Assembly: GCA_044892525.1 (NCBI GenBank)
Contig: CM097885.1
Span: 35,404,001 to 35,468,000 of the forward strand
Length of the DNA: 64,000 nucleotides
Reading direction: 5' to 3'
Source: Schmidtea polychroa
Lineage: Eukaryota
Shown here: positions 1-34,722 of the stretch, piece after piece
Numbering within the stretch: the first letter of the stretch is position 1
Layout: each line of letters opens with the position of its first letter
The notes under the pieces: generated by a model
Databases searched by the model: none
The model's input: only the letters and a program-made list of their open reading frames with translations
Told to the model about the DNA's origin: nothing
Made by a program: the position numbers and the translations under genes

Positions 1-509
1 TGACCAGCATCTGATAGAACAAGTACTCAATGACGCCATACCTTGAATAACAGACCCAGAATCTCAGCTCGCTACCACAACATTCCAAATTTAAACCAAG
101 CGAAATAATAAACCCGGAAAAGCTGAACGCGCCAGACGGCGGGAGCTCAAGAACGAAAGGGCAAGGCTAGTAAGCTGAACCACACCTCCGACAGCTAATT
201 ATATGTTATATTTGAATAAAAAAGTTATATTTGAAAAAACAGTTCTAATAATGATTGTGTGATTTCAGAGGAAACGCGATTAGAATCAGAACACTTGCGG
301 GAGACATGGCAACATTTGCTGGAGGTCCATGCTACAGCGATAGAAGCCCGAGCTATCTTGACAAGGACCCGTGTAGTTTCGAGATAGTGAGATAGAAATC
401 CCGGTTCAGAATTAAAAATTTACCCTTGGAGGAAAATTTTTAATTCTGTTAAATTTAACAATTAAAATTTAATTAAAAAAAGTTAAATAAAAAAAATAGT
501 ATATTATTA

Positions 510-833
510 AGCAGATAGATAGGGGACCGCTGGATCACATATCCCGATCAGGGGAAATTTTTTAAAAAATTCTTTTCAAGGTCAAATATGTAGGTCAAGA
601 TCAAATATTATAAGTTAAAGGTTAAATTTCTTAAAATTTGAAATTCTAGAGTTCCCGTCAAGGGATATTATTATTTGATAACTCGTTTTAAGTCTTTGAA
701 CGGGTTATAACACACAGGGATTATTATTATTAAGATATGTATATATACTCCGAGTTTATCCGACAAGATATTTTGTACCCCTGTGGGTATTAGTCTTAAG
801 GGCACTGATCACTCTTAACATGTCGCAAAGGTA

Positions 834-835
<2 letters not shown>
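510..835 (+). mobile_element. Orphan left-terminal fragment of the element-A Maverick-like family
   Basis: AGCAGATAGATAGGGGACCGCTGGATCACAT...TTCTTTTCAAGGTCAAA...GAGTTCCCGTCAAGGGATATTATTATTTGA...TATCCGACAAGATATT aligns by eye with 29685-29985; runs into (ATT)n. Confidence 0.8.

Positions 836-925
<90 letters not shown>
835..925. repeat. (ATT)n microsatellite
   Basis: Direct reading; similar tracts at about 18270-18345, 23720-24060, 26348-26455, 28648-28748, 30020-30280, 42670-43060, 46497-46730, 55470-55690 and 59920-60000. Confidence 0.95.
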
Positions 926-926
<1 letters not shown>

Positions 927-1524
927 GTGATGATTTCTTGGTAGCAGCATTTACTATTTAAAACAATAAAGTGATAATTTAAGCCTTTTGCTGCGAATAA
1001 TGTATTTAATGAAAAAATTTTCGACTATAAGATAGTCCTTGACAAAAAATGAATATTTCAGTATTCATTTACTGAAATATTCATAAAACTTAATTTCTGC
1101 ATCAATTTCATGATTATTTTCAAAATTTTCATAATTTTCAATATTTTCATAATTTTTCATATTTTTATTAGAAGCTGCTAACACATCTGCTAAATTATTT
1201 TTTAAATCCGGTTCAAAAGTTAATGCCATAATTCCAAGTATTTATTTAATGAAATATTGTATAATTTCAAAACAAATTTTCAGCGTTGAATAAAATATTT
1301 TAAAAACCATTTATTAAAATTTCGATATTTAAAATATATTTATTTAAAAATAAACTAATAAAAAGCTTGTTTAACTTTTTAATTTTTTAATTTAAAAAAT
1401 TCAATTTAAAAAATTCAATTTAAAAATGTTTTTAAAAGTTATTTCAAATAGACAATTATTGATCATTTAAAATTATTTTAATAAATCATTGAAATATTTA
1501 ATTCTCAGCTGAAAACACCTCACA

Positions 1525-4110
1525 TCCCCCTTCTTTATGAAATTTATTTATCTTTTCAACATATCTTTGAGCCATTTTCCCAATTTGGTCTTGTAGCAGA
1601 TATCGGCGATCATGAATCTTCTGCATTATTCTGTATGACCCTTGGTATCTTTTCTTGTCTTTCGTTCTTGACTCGACTTTTACCAGAACCTCATCTCCAA
1701 TATTGAATGATCTTTTTGTTTGCGTTGTTCCTTGTGTGTCTTCATTTTGTGAAATCGGCGCTTTACTATGACGTTGTCCTCGAACTATTTTTCTTCCAAA
1801 TATTACTTCTGCGGGACTTCATCCAATTGATTTCTGAAATGTTGCATTCATGGTAAATTCAATCTCTGGTATGATCTCTGCCCAATCTGCTCTACATTTT
1901 TCTTTTAATGATGCATTTAAATAGTCTCTTATTGACCTGAATTGACGTTCTATCACACCATTTGTATTATGGTGGTATGGACTTCAAAAGCGTAGTGTAA
2001 TTCCCATTGATTTTGTAAAATCTTTCATCGTCTTAGATTCAAATACTTTTCCACAATCTGTGTGAATTTCCTTTGGTGCTCCAAATCTAAGACTCCATTT
2101 TTGCAGTATTGTTTCCATCACCGTTTCCTCATCCTGTTTAGCGACAGCAGTCAGAGAGATATATCTGCTAAATCAATCATTGCGACTATATATCTTTTCT
2201 TTCTGAATGTTTCCTGTAATTGACCACATACATCAATGTACACTTTCTCTAACGGCTCCTCTACTGTCAGTTTTATTGTCTCTTCCTTCATCTTTGTTGT
2301 CACAACTTTCGTTCTTTGACATGCCTCGCATTGTCCAATTGTTTCTTTTACTGATTCTTTTATGTCTCCCATATTGTAATTGTCCGCTACATATTTTGTC
2401 ACATTTTCTGCTCCTGTGTGTGATAGTAAAATATGCATACTCTTTATCATTTCATGTCTTTTATCTCTAGGTATCCATATTTTACCCTCTATAATTTTCA
2501 CCACGTTGTCTAACAGTATAAATGTATAACCTTTTCGCACCCGTTGTCGTCTTTCTGTGATAATACTGCTCCAATCGTGTCAAAACTCGCATCAGTATCT
2601 AGAATGAATTCTCTTTCGAAATCTGGAAACCCTAGAATTGGTGAGGACTTTAAAGCATTTTTCATATTTTCGAATGCGATGTTGCATCCGTCAATCCAAA
2701 TTAATTTTTTGTTGTTTAACCCTCATAGCTCTTCTAAAACTCTTGCCTTTTTTGCGTATTCCTTTATAAATCTTCTGTAGTAATTGCATATTCCTAGGAA
2801 GCTTCTCAGATTCTTAACACATTTTGGATTTTCAAATGATTTAATCGCGTCTAGCTTTGACGGGTCAGTCTGTATCCCATCTTTGTTCATTATGTGACCT
2901 AAATATTTGACTTCCTCTTTAAGGTTATGGCACTTTTCAGGGTTTATCCTAAGACCCGCTTTTCCAATTTTATACAGCACTTCATTTAAAACTTCGTAGT
3001 GATGATTGATCGTTTCTGTAAATATCAAAATATCGGTTAGGTATACTGCTGTACTGATCGTACTGTACTCTCGTACCCATTAAAACTTTTCCCATAAGTT
3101 CCTGAAATGTACCTGGTGCCGCTGCTATTCCAAATGGCATTCTGTTAAAACAGTATTGACCTGATTTGGTTGAAAACGCCGTTTTTAACTTTGATTCGTC
3201 TTCTAGTTCTACTCGATAATATACATTTACAAGATCTCTGCTATATTCGGCATAGGGAACGCCTGTCTCTCTGTTACTAGGTTTAATTGCCTGAAATCAA
3301 GGCATAATCTGATATCTTGATTTTCTTTCTTCCTATAAGTTTTTTATTGTTTCATCTATTTTACTTTCCAAATTGACTGGTTGTCTCCAAGGTTTAATAT
3401 TTATCGGTTTTCCTTGAGTTTCTATTTTATGCTTCAACAGCTTTGTGCAGCCAATGTACCATTTATCAACCATAAAAACATTTTGAATCTTCTTTATAAT
3501 GTTTAGTAGTATCGGTTATTTATCTTTAAAGTATTTTTTGCTCTTTGAAATTGTTCCATCTCCGTTATTGTCTTCCCAAATTTGGCTTCGATACTGCACA
3601 TGTGTTCTTGCTTCGTTTTCTCGACCTCTTCTACTGGCAACTTTAGTTATATACCAAAATGTTTTTGCAACTCTATACCACCAATTACCTCTGCAGTCAT
3701 ATATCTTATTATAGTAAACTTTACTCTTCTTTTCCTCTCATTTATTACTATTTCTAATATTGCTTTACCTTTCGTTTCTAAAACACTATTATTTGCACAT
3801 CTCAATGTATCAGTCGTTGTTGTTAGTTCTACCTCTTTAAGTTTCTCAAATTTGATCCAACTCATGACATTTACTGTAGCTGCTGTATCGAGCAAGCATT
3901 CCATATTCTGGTCTTGTATTCTAATAGTTACACTTGGTCGGCCTTGCATTTTATCATAACTAATAATATCATTTTTCCATTCATCTAATGTGAGTATTTG
4001 TATTTTGTCTCTTTCTATTTCTGCAAAATCCTTTTTTATGAATCTGTTTACTTTCTTTATTACATTATTTTCTTCTTCCGTTACCTCTGTATCTTTCACA
4101 TCTTTTCCTA
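1525..4110 (-). mobile_element. Degenerate Ty3/Gypsy pol (protease-RT-partial RNase H-integrase) with polypurine tract
   Basis: Protease LLDTAATVNV; RT with YLTDILIF (mutated YxDD), LRINPEKC, LRSFLGICNYYRRFI; ILDTDASFDTIGAVLSQ; integrase HHCC (SHTG...CEACQR), IHTDCGKVFE, NGVIER; PPT AAGAAGGGGGA followed by TG at 1524 on minus strand; many stops and frameshifts. Confidence 0.9.
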
Positions 4111-5146
4111 TAATACATGATATTTTAATTTTATTATAATAATTAATAATTTGGGAGTCAGCATCGCTGTTTAATACACTGCCCGACTATCTCATCTTCT
4201 ATCGGGGCATTGATATTTGGGTATTCTCTGTATTTATCTGTATTTATTGCCGAATAAACTTCGGTTTACAAACTTTGGGTCTCTTACGAATACCACAAAT
4301 ATTTTACCTTCTAAAGCACCCAAAAAAATTTAAGCAAATGGAAGGCTTTTGAAAGGTTCAAGCTTAAAGCGTTAATAAGTATAGAACAATGGGTCCTAAT
4401 CGAAGTCGGACATAGAGCTTATATCGACAGTCTGTGAACCCACTAGAATGCTTGACAATTATAGTATACAGGTGTACGCTCACTTCTCGCGAGTATTCAC
4501 CCATGCGACACAATACCAACGTTGATTGCTAAACAGGTACAGTACACCATTGTATCTTGGTTGAACCGAAGACGACACGAAAGTGTAAAAGGTGGATTAT
4601 CTGCGATCCACAATAAAATTTTATCATCTACATTAAAAAACACAGAGCTTACAATACATTTAATGAAAAATACAATTATGGACATTAATAAAAAGGAATT
4701 CATATGGCATACAGCATAAATGGTACTTTTAATTTATATAAATTCCTTCATCCCCAAAGAACGTTTTTAATGCTCACTATATTTAGTCAACTAACGCTAA
4801 CGTATACAGAGAAAAATAAATATTTTTTTCATGAATCATGGTTATATTTGCATGCCCGTCCGATATTATAAAATTCGGCATAGATAAATTTCCAGTTAAA
4901 AAGTGCGGGCTAAAAGTGTTAATAAACGCTAATAGAAAAACGTCGTTTAAATTTATAGAAATTAACAAACAAAATGAAAAACATTGGAAAGAATAAATAA
5001 ATATCACATTAAATTATACACACAAACAACATAATGAAGAAAACATTGTCAAATACAAATTTATCGATTAAAGTTCAGCCAATCAAATACTCGCTATTTC
5101 AGAGATAGAGTTAGTCACATTTTTATTTGTTTTTAGTAACAAGGTA

Positions 5147-26914
<21,768 letters not shown>

Positions 26915-27439
26915 ATTTTATTTGTCAACCTTATTTTGGTATATTTTATATTCTGAGATGTTAAAAATAAATATTAACTGCTTTTTTGTCTTTTCGTTTA
27001 TTCTATTAAATAAATTTAAAATTTAATTTACATTTATATTTCATGGTGGGTTTTTTAATTTCTGACTACTGATGAGCTTTGTCGGCAACCGCTATTATTT
27101 ACTATTTAAAACTTTATTTAAATCAAATAAACTGGTACATGAAAATAAAACTCTATTTGAAGTTAATTTTCAAAATTGTTTAAAACTTTCCAATAACTTT
27201 TTAATTTAAAATAATTTTTTTATTTTTACTAAATTAATCTACTAAATTAAACCATGTGACAAAATCATGAAAAATTGGGTGCTAGACTGCTAGGGCTTAA
27301 TTTTAAAAATTAATCAAAAAATTTTTATGAATTTTTAATATAATTTTATTTGCTCCAATGATGAATGAATTAAAATAAAATTCATCATAAAATTCATAAT
27401 AAACGGTCATCATAATTGAGCTATATTATTTTACTAAAC

Positions 27440-28150
27440 GCCAAACAATGGTTATGTACAATGTATTAAGTGTGAAACAAATTTTAGTTATTGTGCAAAA
27501 AGTACAGGAAATTCGCATTTAAAGCGACATTATTGTAACAAACAGACGATTACAAACAGCTCAACATCATCCAAAACCAGTACTAATATCGGCAAATTCT
27601 TTCACCCACAGCTTATGACATAACAAAAGGTCAAAGACTGAATGACAAAATCGTGTGTTGAATTGTGTAGTAGAGATGTTCGTCCATTTGACATCGTAAG
27701 TGGTAACAGTTTTATAAATTATTCCCAGGAATTGATTCAAATTGGAGCTCCAAATAGAAATTTGAATGTTAAAAATATATTGCCACACGCTACGACTGTT
27801 TCTTGCAATACTCACAAAGAAGCAGATAAATCACGGATAAGGCACGGAATTACACGTGCCATTTAATTAACACAATCCTTAGAAATGTATTTGAACCCAC
27901 TTTTCTAACAGAAAACTTACCTTCGATCAAATTATTAACAGATGAAGTTAAGAATGTGTTTAAATATTTCAAAATTTATGGGTTTGTACGGCAATTAAAA
28001 TATGCTCTTCGTCAAGAGTGTGAAACGCGGTGGAATAGTCGCATTGATATGTATAAATCTTTTTGAAACTAATTTTACACAAATCACTAATATCCTCATG
28101 GAACGCCAAGAAGAAGAGAGAATGACAAATATAACTCAACATACATCGTA
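27440..28150 (+). pseudogene. Internally deleted hAT (Hermes/hobo-like) transposase remnant
   Basis: BED finger YVQCIKCETIFSY...TGNSHLKRHYC; ELCSRDVRPFDIVSGNSF; CETRWNS. Confidence 0.75.
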
Positions 28151-28646
28151 TCACAAGTATTTTTAATTGGACTTCCTGTATATTAATTAAAAGTCGATAT
28201 AGCGATAGTCACTAAATTTATGAGATAATTAGAAAAGGGGGCATCCTTGTCGTTGATTTAAATTATAGAATGATAAATTATGTAAAAAAAATTATTAATA
28301 ATAGATCAAGGGTGAAAAAAGAAAAAAATTTCATTAATCACACAATATTTAAAAAAACTAAGTGTTATTTTGTTTTAATTAACAATAAGACGAAAATTTC
28401 AAATTAGCCATAATATAAAGATTTATTTTATATCATTTAGTTATTTAATGGCTAATCGTGATAAAAACCATATAAATATGAATAATATATCCTATTTAGT
28501 ATTAATATGAAAATTATGAAAATTTGAATAATGCGTTTATCTAGGCAAATTCATGTGGATTAATGTCTTATAAATATTTGCGGAACAAATCATAATCTCT
28601 ACTAAATCTCACTAACAAATAAAAATTTCTATTTAAATCTCCTATC

Positions 28647-28750
<104 letters not shown>

Positions 28751-28781
28751 TTATAAGATAACGCCAATCAAACATTCTTTT

Positions 28782-28820
28782 CACGATTAATTTCGACAGT
28801 TTTCCTGTCATCATCAGGTG
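28782..28820 (-). ncRNA. Minimal hammerhead ribozyme of Penelope-like element
   Basis: Minus strand CAC-CUGAUGA-U-GACAG-GAAAA-CUGUC-GAAA-UUAA-UC-GUG: intact core, 5-bp stem II, palindromic AUUAAU stem III, ~200 nt downstream of the GIY-YIG ORF. Confidence 0.8.
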
Positions 28821-29017
28821 GGATATAATAACTCATTAAATTAAGGATTTTAAACAAATTTATTAATTATATATAAAAAATTTTTTTTACTTTATAAAAA
28901 AAATATATTATTTTTTTAAAATTTTAACATTGAAAATTTAATTTAATAATTTAAAAAAATTTTTATTAATTATTTAATTTAATACAACAATCAATACATA
29001 CAAACCTATTTAAAAAC

Positions 29018-29684
29018 TTATTTAAAAACACTCAAAACACAAGTATTTACTGCATTCTGCACATCAACTTTCGGATTCAATGATTTTATCAACAACGCCT
29101 CACAAATCACACGTTCCCAATAATTATCGAAATTTTTTAATAGAATTTTAAAATCAGACATACCTATTTTAATCTTACAGCCATTATTGTGCTCACCAAT
29201 ATGGGTCAAAGCCTTCGGTTTACAATGTTCTCGAGCTCGATCCCAGAGATGACGGGAAGTCTCTCCAATGTATGTGGCATTACACCCATTACATGTAAAC
29301 TGATAAACGAGATCGGAACACAATTCAACCGGAGTTTTTGACTTATTAATAAACATATTGCATACTTTCACTATCCTATAGTTTAAATTCCCTAACTGCT
29401 TTCTTATCTTCACTTTATAATCCTTAAAACCTTCTGAGTACGGCAATACTAACACAAATTTAGGCTCATCATCCTTGCTCACACTATTTAATTTATTTAA
29501 CTCATCAGACTCACACACCTCAACAAAATCACACCCAGATTTTAACTCATCAGACTCACACATCTCAACAAGATCACACCAAGATTTTCTCAAACATGGA
29601 TCCTTAGGATTTTTAATAAATTTGTCAACAGTCTCTTTCACCATAATTACTAAAAGGGATTTTGAATAACCGTTCTTCATTAAC
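29018..29684 (-). mobile_element. Penelope-like retroelement, 3' part (GIY-YIG endonuclease)
   Basis: LVYQFTCNGCNATYIGETSRHLWDRAREH...ICEALLIKSLNPK; joins in frame to the part above 43393 when element A is removed (VELL-MKNGYS). Confidence 0.9.
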
Positions 29685-30015
29685 AGTAGATAGATAGGGA
29701 ACCGCTAGATCAGGACTCCGCTGGATCACATACCCCCACCCCCCCCACCTAGGGGAAATTTTTAAAATTCTTTTCAAGGTCAAATTTTTAATGTAAAGTT
29801 CATTTTTTTTTTAAATTTGAAATTCGAGAGTTCCTGACAAGAGATATTATTATTTGAAAATAAAGGTCTTTGAAACACAGGGATTATTATATATATATAG
29901 TCTGAATTTATCCGACAAGATATTCTGTCCCCTATGGGTAATGCTCACAAGGGTATGGTCACATTCAACATGTCGCAAGGGTATTATTAAACAAATCAAC
30001 ATTGTATTTTTATTA

Positions 30016-30058
<43 letters not shown>

Positions 30059-30155
30059 TTTTTATTTTTTTTTTCTAATATTTTAATTTTTTTTTATTTA
30101 TTATTTATTTATATTTTTATTTTTATTATTTATTTATATTTTTATTTTTATTATT

Positions 30156-30256
<101 letters not shown>

Positions 30257-30469
30257 TTCATTATTATTATTATTATTATTAAGATTTACAAAATTATTAT
30301 TAGTTTTCATAATAAATTAAGACATTAAAAGATATATTGAATCACAGATCAATTCGATAACAATACGTCATCTATATCAATATCATTGGCATCATTGGCT
30401 TCATTGTCATCATCATTGAAATCTGGACTCATTCCGCTAAAAAGTGGACGAATTTATGAAATTACTTGA

Positions 30470-33412
30470 TCAACATCTGGAACATCGACTCCTAAATAAT
30501 GTGATGTGTAAATAATTTGACGTGTCTAGAAGGCTGTCTCTTATCATTGCCGGCAAAAGAGTGTCAAGCTTACAGTGCTTTATCTCTAAGAAAAAGGAGT
30601 CAGTGTCACCGGCAACGATATTTATATCACAGTTAAATTCAGACCTGTACTTGGCCAATTCCACATATTGTAGTTGATACATTCTTAGTTTAGACAAATC
30701 TAACACTGTTTGACCAATATAGCTAGGCCTGTCTAAACATATAGAGTCCTTATTCAGATGAGCCACAATCAGATCATCAGCAATTTTGATAGATTTTCTG
30801 AAAGTTGGCTTTGAAGCATATACAATCATCTTTTCAGCTGAATTGCATAGCCTCAAATTCATCCGCTTTTTTAGATTCTCCACCGATTTACCATACAAAC
30901 TATTATTAAATAATTTGTATAGATCCCTATATAATTCACATGTAGAATTTGCTCTCAAATTAGTGTTTTTATCTATGTATGATTTAAAAATGGGTGCATG
31001 CGAAAATTTAATAGCTCTATGTACATTTTTAATAATAGCCCCCAATTCTATATACAACTTGAGAAGTCTCCAATGAAGAACATGGTTCTTCTTTGGCCAA
31101 TGCGTGAGCATCAGCTTCTCAACTTTAGAATTTGGTGGACACATCTTTTCTGCAGCAATAGGAAAGTCGTTAAGGAAGTCATGCAAGCATTCCGGAATTT
31201 CGATATCAACTTCCATAGTATACCCATATGGAAGGTTATCAATATCAGCATTCATACATTCATTCAAGACAGAATCAAGATCATCATACACCCATACAAA
31301 GTCAGCATAAGGCAGATTTTGGCTTAAGGCCCAACCATACAAGTTATTAATATCTATGTACAAGAGTTCAGTGTCTTCAGAACTAGCAACATAATGTTTG
31401 TTAACAAATGTTAACCCACCCCGTATCCCTCCTTCATAGAAATTAAACATTTCCATGTCCTGCAAAAGTTCAATAGGTTCCGTTAATGTGATAAGCGCTG
31501 AAGCCCATGACATACCGGGAATACCATAGAAATTTAGAGGTTCAAGACCATTGTAAGCAATGGCCTTTGCACGGAATTGTTGAAAATAGTCTGCAAGGAG
31601 AAATACATCTAATTTAAGGTAAGTCAACATGTAATCTAACATGTTATTGCAATTTTGCTGAGTCCAAATAACTTGGGCTAATGCATACTCATCATTAGAC
31701 ACAGAATCCCAGATCGGAGGTAGTTCAAGAGTTGATTCCAGAACCTCAAGAGATGTAGCGAAGTCATAAGGAAAGATACCTTTGGCTCGAACAATTGCGC
31801 CATCAAAAACAGAAGAAGTTAAAGGCAGATCGGAAAGAGTCTTAACCGCTTTTGCTAAAGATGAATTAACAAACTGCATGCTGTCAATAAAATGAACAGG
31901 CAATTTGTTAATGTACGCGATGAGAGAGATGAATTTCTCGGTAGTGGTCGGAATAATATTTAACTCCCAAGAAGGAAAATTATTCAAGCCATACTTCAAA
32001 ATATGATGGAGATCATACCCCCTAAAATTATGGAACACAACCGGTAACTGTCTCTGAATTCGCCGAGAAACATTACATTTCCTACAAGCAGCACCAAGAT
32101 ACTTGCCTGAGAAGTGGCAATGGTCCCTAACTCTATCTCTAATGAATTTTTTACACAGATAACAGGTTCTGGAATCTTTATATGCCCGCTGTTGAACGAA
32201 AGACAAAGTTTGCATGGGCTTTTTCCCATTAATTTCGTAATATGGCAGGACAATTGTGACAGCAATTTCCTCCACCTTACGCAAGAAAGACAACACACAA
32301 TCATCACCAACAAACTCATAATAAAATTTTGTGTTATTATAATTATTAATTAATAACATGCCTGCTGTTATTGGCAAGTGCTTTTGATGGTGTATTATAT
32401 CCTCGGGTAAAATTGCCTCAAAATCGGCATATATCACGAATGGCGGGGTGATTGTCTTCGCATAATTTTGAAAAATTAAATTTTTATCTTTAGGTAGGGT
32501 GTATAGAGTTGTTCCTATCTGGTTTTTTATGCATAAGGCGACATGAATATCAAATGCATTTTTATGTCTAAAACCATTGAGACAATGGGGACACCAGTTC
32601 ACTCTAATCCAAAGGTTGCAGGAGCTACTGGGATGTGAGTTCATTAATTTTTGTAAGTTAAAAACTGCGGTATAATGGAAATTATCACCGTCTTCCAATA
32701 AAAGTAAGTATATGGGTTCACCACCTATAACTTTAGATCGGTGAATAATATCTAAATGAGGATGACGTGGAATATAATTATCGTCAATTACATTTTCATA
32801 AGGCTTACCTGGGGTCTTTTTATAAATTAAAACATTTATTGATAAATTTAAATCCTTGTTTTTCCTTTCAAATTTGGGGATATCACATAATTTCATGGGG
32901 CAATCATCTATGGGGTCAAAATTTAACTCGTCAAGATAATTTTCATAGGAACTAACACGATTTCTATTTATATGTACTACATTGCGTTTTAACAGTGCTA
33001 AAATACTATAGATAAAGCACATATCGTCGGTGTTTTTGACGTTTACTATTGCTTTTTTAGAATTTAAAGCTGATGGGGTGGGGATATAACTATGTCCAGC
33101 TAGCCTATTCATATGTGTATTTTTAGTTAATATAAAATCTATTTCTTTGATTTTAACCACCCGCCATCCGCTTCCCAAATATGTGAACTTTTCAATTTTA
33201 TTATTTAATCTGGTGATTCCATTTATCAAAAAATTTTCTGAAAAAACTTCTGCGCTATTAGAGAAAAAATTATCTCTAATTTCCCCATCTTTTTCGAATT
33301 GGATTAAAACGGTGAATTGTATTTTAACTGTGCCCATACCTTTGATTTCGGCAATTAATTTATTTATAATTTTATTTGTAAGGGAAATTTGCACCAAGTT
33401 ATCCTTTTCCAT
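30470..33412 (-). CDS. polB: Protein-primed DNA polymerase B (Maverick/Polinton type), 980 aa, C-terminally truncated; left-arm copy
   Basis: Exo I YADFE, endonuclease-VII-like insert CYLC...VRDHCHFSGKYLGAACRKCN, Exo II FHNFRGYD, Exo III YLKLDV, Pol A YIDINNLYG, Pol B KLFNNSLYGK, Pol C GDTDS. Confidence 0.92.
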   Translation of the reverse strand: MEKDNLVQISLTNKIINKLIAEIKGMGTVKIQFTVLIQFEKDGEIRDNFFSNSAEVFSENFLINGITRLNNKIEKFTYLGSGWRVVKIKEIDFILTKNTHMNRLAGHSYIPTPSALNSKKAIVNVKNTDDMCFIYSILALLKRNVVHINRNRVSSYENYLDELNFDPIDDCPMKLCDIPKFERKNKDLNLSINVLIYKKTPGKPYENVIDDNYIPRHPHLDIIHRSKVIGGEPIYLLLLEDGDNFHYTAVFNLQKLMNSHPSSSCNLWIRVNWCPHCLNGFRHKNAFDIHVALCIKNQIGTTLYTLPKDKNLIFQNYAKTITPPFVIYADFEAILPEDIIHHQKHLPITAGMLLINNYNNTKFYYEFVGDDCVLSFLRKVEEIAVTIVLPYYEINGKKPMQTLSFVQQRAYKDSRTCYLCKKFIRDRVRDHCHFSGKYLGAACRKCNVSRRIQRQLPVVFHNFRGYDLHHILKYGLNNFPSWELNIIPTTTEKFISLIAYINKLPVHFIDSMQFVNSSLAKAVKTLSDLPLTSSVFDGAIVRAKGIFPYDFATSLEVLESTLELPPIWDSVSNDEYALAQVIWTQQNCNNMLDYMLTYLKLDVFLLADYFQQFRAKAIAYNGLEPLNFYGIPGMSWASALITLTEPIELLQDMEMFNFYEGGIRGGLTFVNKHYVASSEDTELLYIDINNLYGWALSQNLPYADFVWVYDDLDSVLNECMNADIDNLPYGYTMEVDIEIPECLHDFLNDFPIAAEKMCPPNSKVEKLMLTHWPKKNHVLHWRLLKLYIELGAIIKNVHRAIKFSHAPIFKSYIDKNTNLRANSTCELYRDLYKLFNNSLYGKSVENLKKRMNLRLCNSAEKMIVYASKPTFRKSIKIADDLIVAHLNKDSICLDRPSYIGQTVLDLSKLRMYQLQYVELAKYRSEFNCDINIVAGDTDSFFLEIKHCKLDTLLPAMIRDSLLDTSNYLHITLFRSRCSRC

Positions 33413-33966
33413 ATTAAAGCGTAAATTTTTTCTCGCCCCTTAAAATCTATCTCAATTTCAGGTTCATCGTCAATATCGATCGAACTCTTATTATTTACTG
33501 AACCACCTATTTGAATATTATTTAAATCACTTATTTGATCTATTTTAGTAATTTTAGAGGGAACACCAGACCAAAAACTAACAGCAGGCTGTTTATTATT
33601 TAGAATATTATTTATTTTAGTATTTAGATTAGTATTATTTACATTATTATTTACATGTTTTGTATTATAATTTATAGGTTTTGTATTTAAGTGTTTTGTA
33701 GTATTATGTGTTGATTGTTGTATTTTAATAAACAATTTCTTTTTATTTAAAGAGAACCGATTTAAATGCGATTTGTGAATATTATAAAACTCTATATATT
33801 TAATGCGTTGGGAAGTCTCGCATATTAGACATATAAAGTAGTTGATGCCATAGAATCTATGACCGTAGTATTTTTTCATATTTTTATGGCATATATTTGT
33901 ATGATCATTTGATGACATGCAGTAGCGTGGGTATAATTTACCTGATAAATTATAAATATATATCAA
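33364..33966 (-). CDS. Cys/His-containing, Asn-rich ORF overlapping the polB start; probable frameshifted polB N-terminus
   Basis: Overlaps polB by 49 nt in another frame; CLIC...H..H cluster; ends its plausible part at DFKG just where the polB frame opens. Confidence 0.5.
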   Translation of the reverse strand: MIYIYNLSGKLYPRYCMSSNDHTNICHKNMKKYYGHRFYGINYFICLICETSQRIKYIEFYNIHKSHLNRFSLNKKKLFIKIQQSTHNTTKHLNTKPINYNTKHVNNNVNNTNLNTKINNILNNKQPAVSFWSGVPSKITKIDQISDLNNIQIGGSVNNKSSIDIDDEPEIEIDFKGREKIYALIWKRITWCKFPLQIKL

Positions 33967-34722
33967 ATATATTAATAGATTTAAAAATTAATAGTTAATT
34001 GCATTTATATTTAATGTCTTTATTAACAATTCTTAAGCAGTTTTTATCGCATAATAATTATAAAACGGAATAATAATCGGAATACATATATAATTTATTG
34101 TAATATTTTTATTATCAGAGGTATAAAATATGGGAGATATCATAAATATTATTATCATTGTTATTATTATTATTATTATTATTTTTAAATATTATTATAA
34201 AAGAGAGTAGTTGCGTGCTCAATGCAAACTATGTTTGACAATTAATATTTTCAAAGTATTATTTCTATTCAATAATTATTTTCATAACAACTTATTAATT
34301 TCAACATCATTTTCAGGAACATATTCATATTTGTCATAATTATCTTCAGAAAGATTTTCATAATTTTCAGGAACATTTCGTGATTTTCATAATTATTTTC
34401 AGAAACATTTTCATACTTCATAATTTTCAGATTTTTCATAATTATCTTCAGAAAGATTTTCATAATTTTCAGGAACATTTCGTGATTTTCATAATTATTT
34501 TCAGAAACATTTTCATATTTTTCATAATTTTCAACATTTTCATAATTTATATGTGGTTATTAAACAAATTAATTATCAAACACAATTTTAAATTAATTTA
34601 AAAAAATAATAATAAAATATAACTAACATTTTGATTCTATATCGGAATCATCCTCAGATTCATCCCCATAAGAAACGGAGGCATGATTAATTTAAAAAAA
34701 GCGACAAAAAAAGAGTAAAAAC

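Noticed and set aside
756..950. Poly-I/Y/N/L ORFs here and at 5739, 18226, 28629, 30002, 42642, 46373, 55469, 59751
   Set aside because: Translations of (ATT)n or (TA)n microsatellites
30786..33443. Small ORFs antisense or out of frame to polB, and their mirrors at 39509-42166
   Set aside because: Shadows of the polB frame with no independent motif
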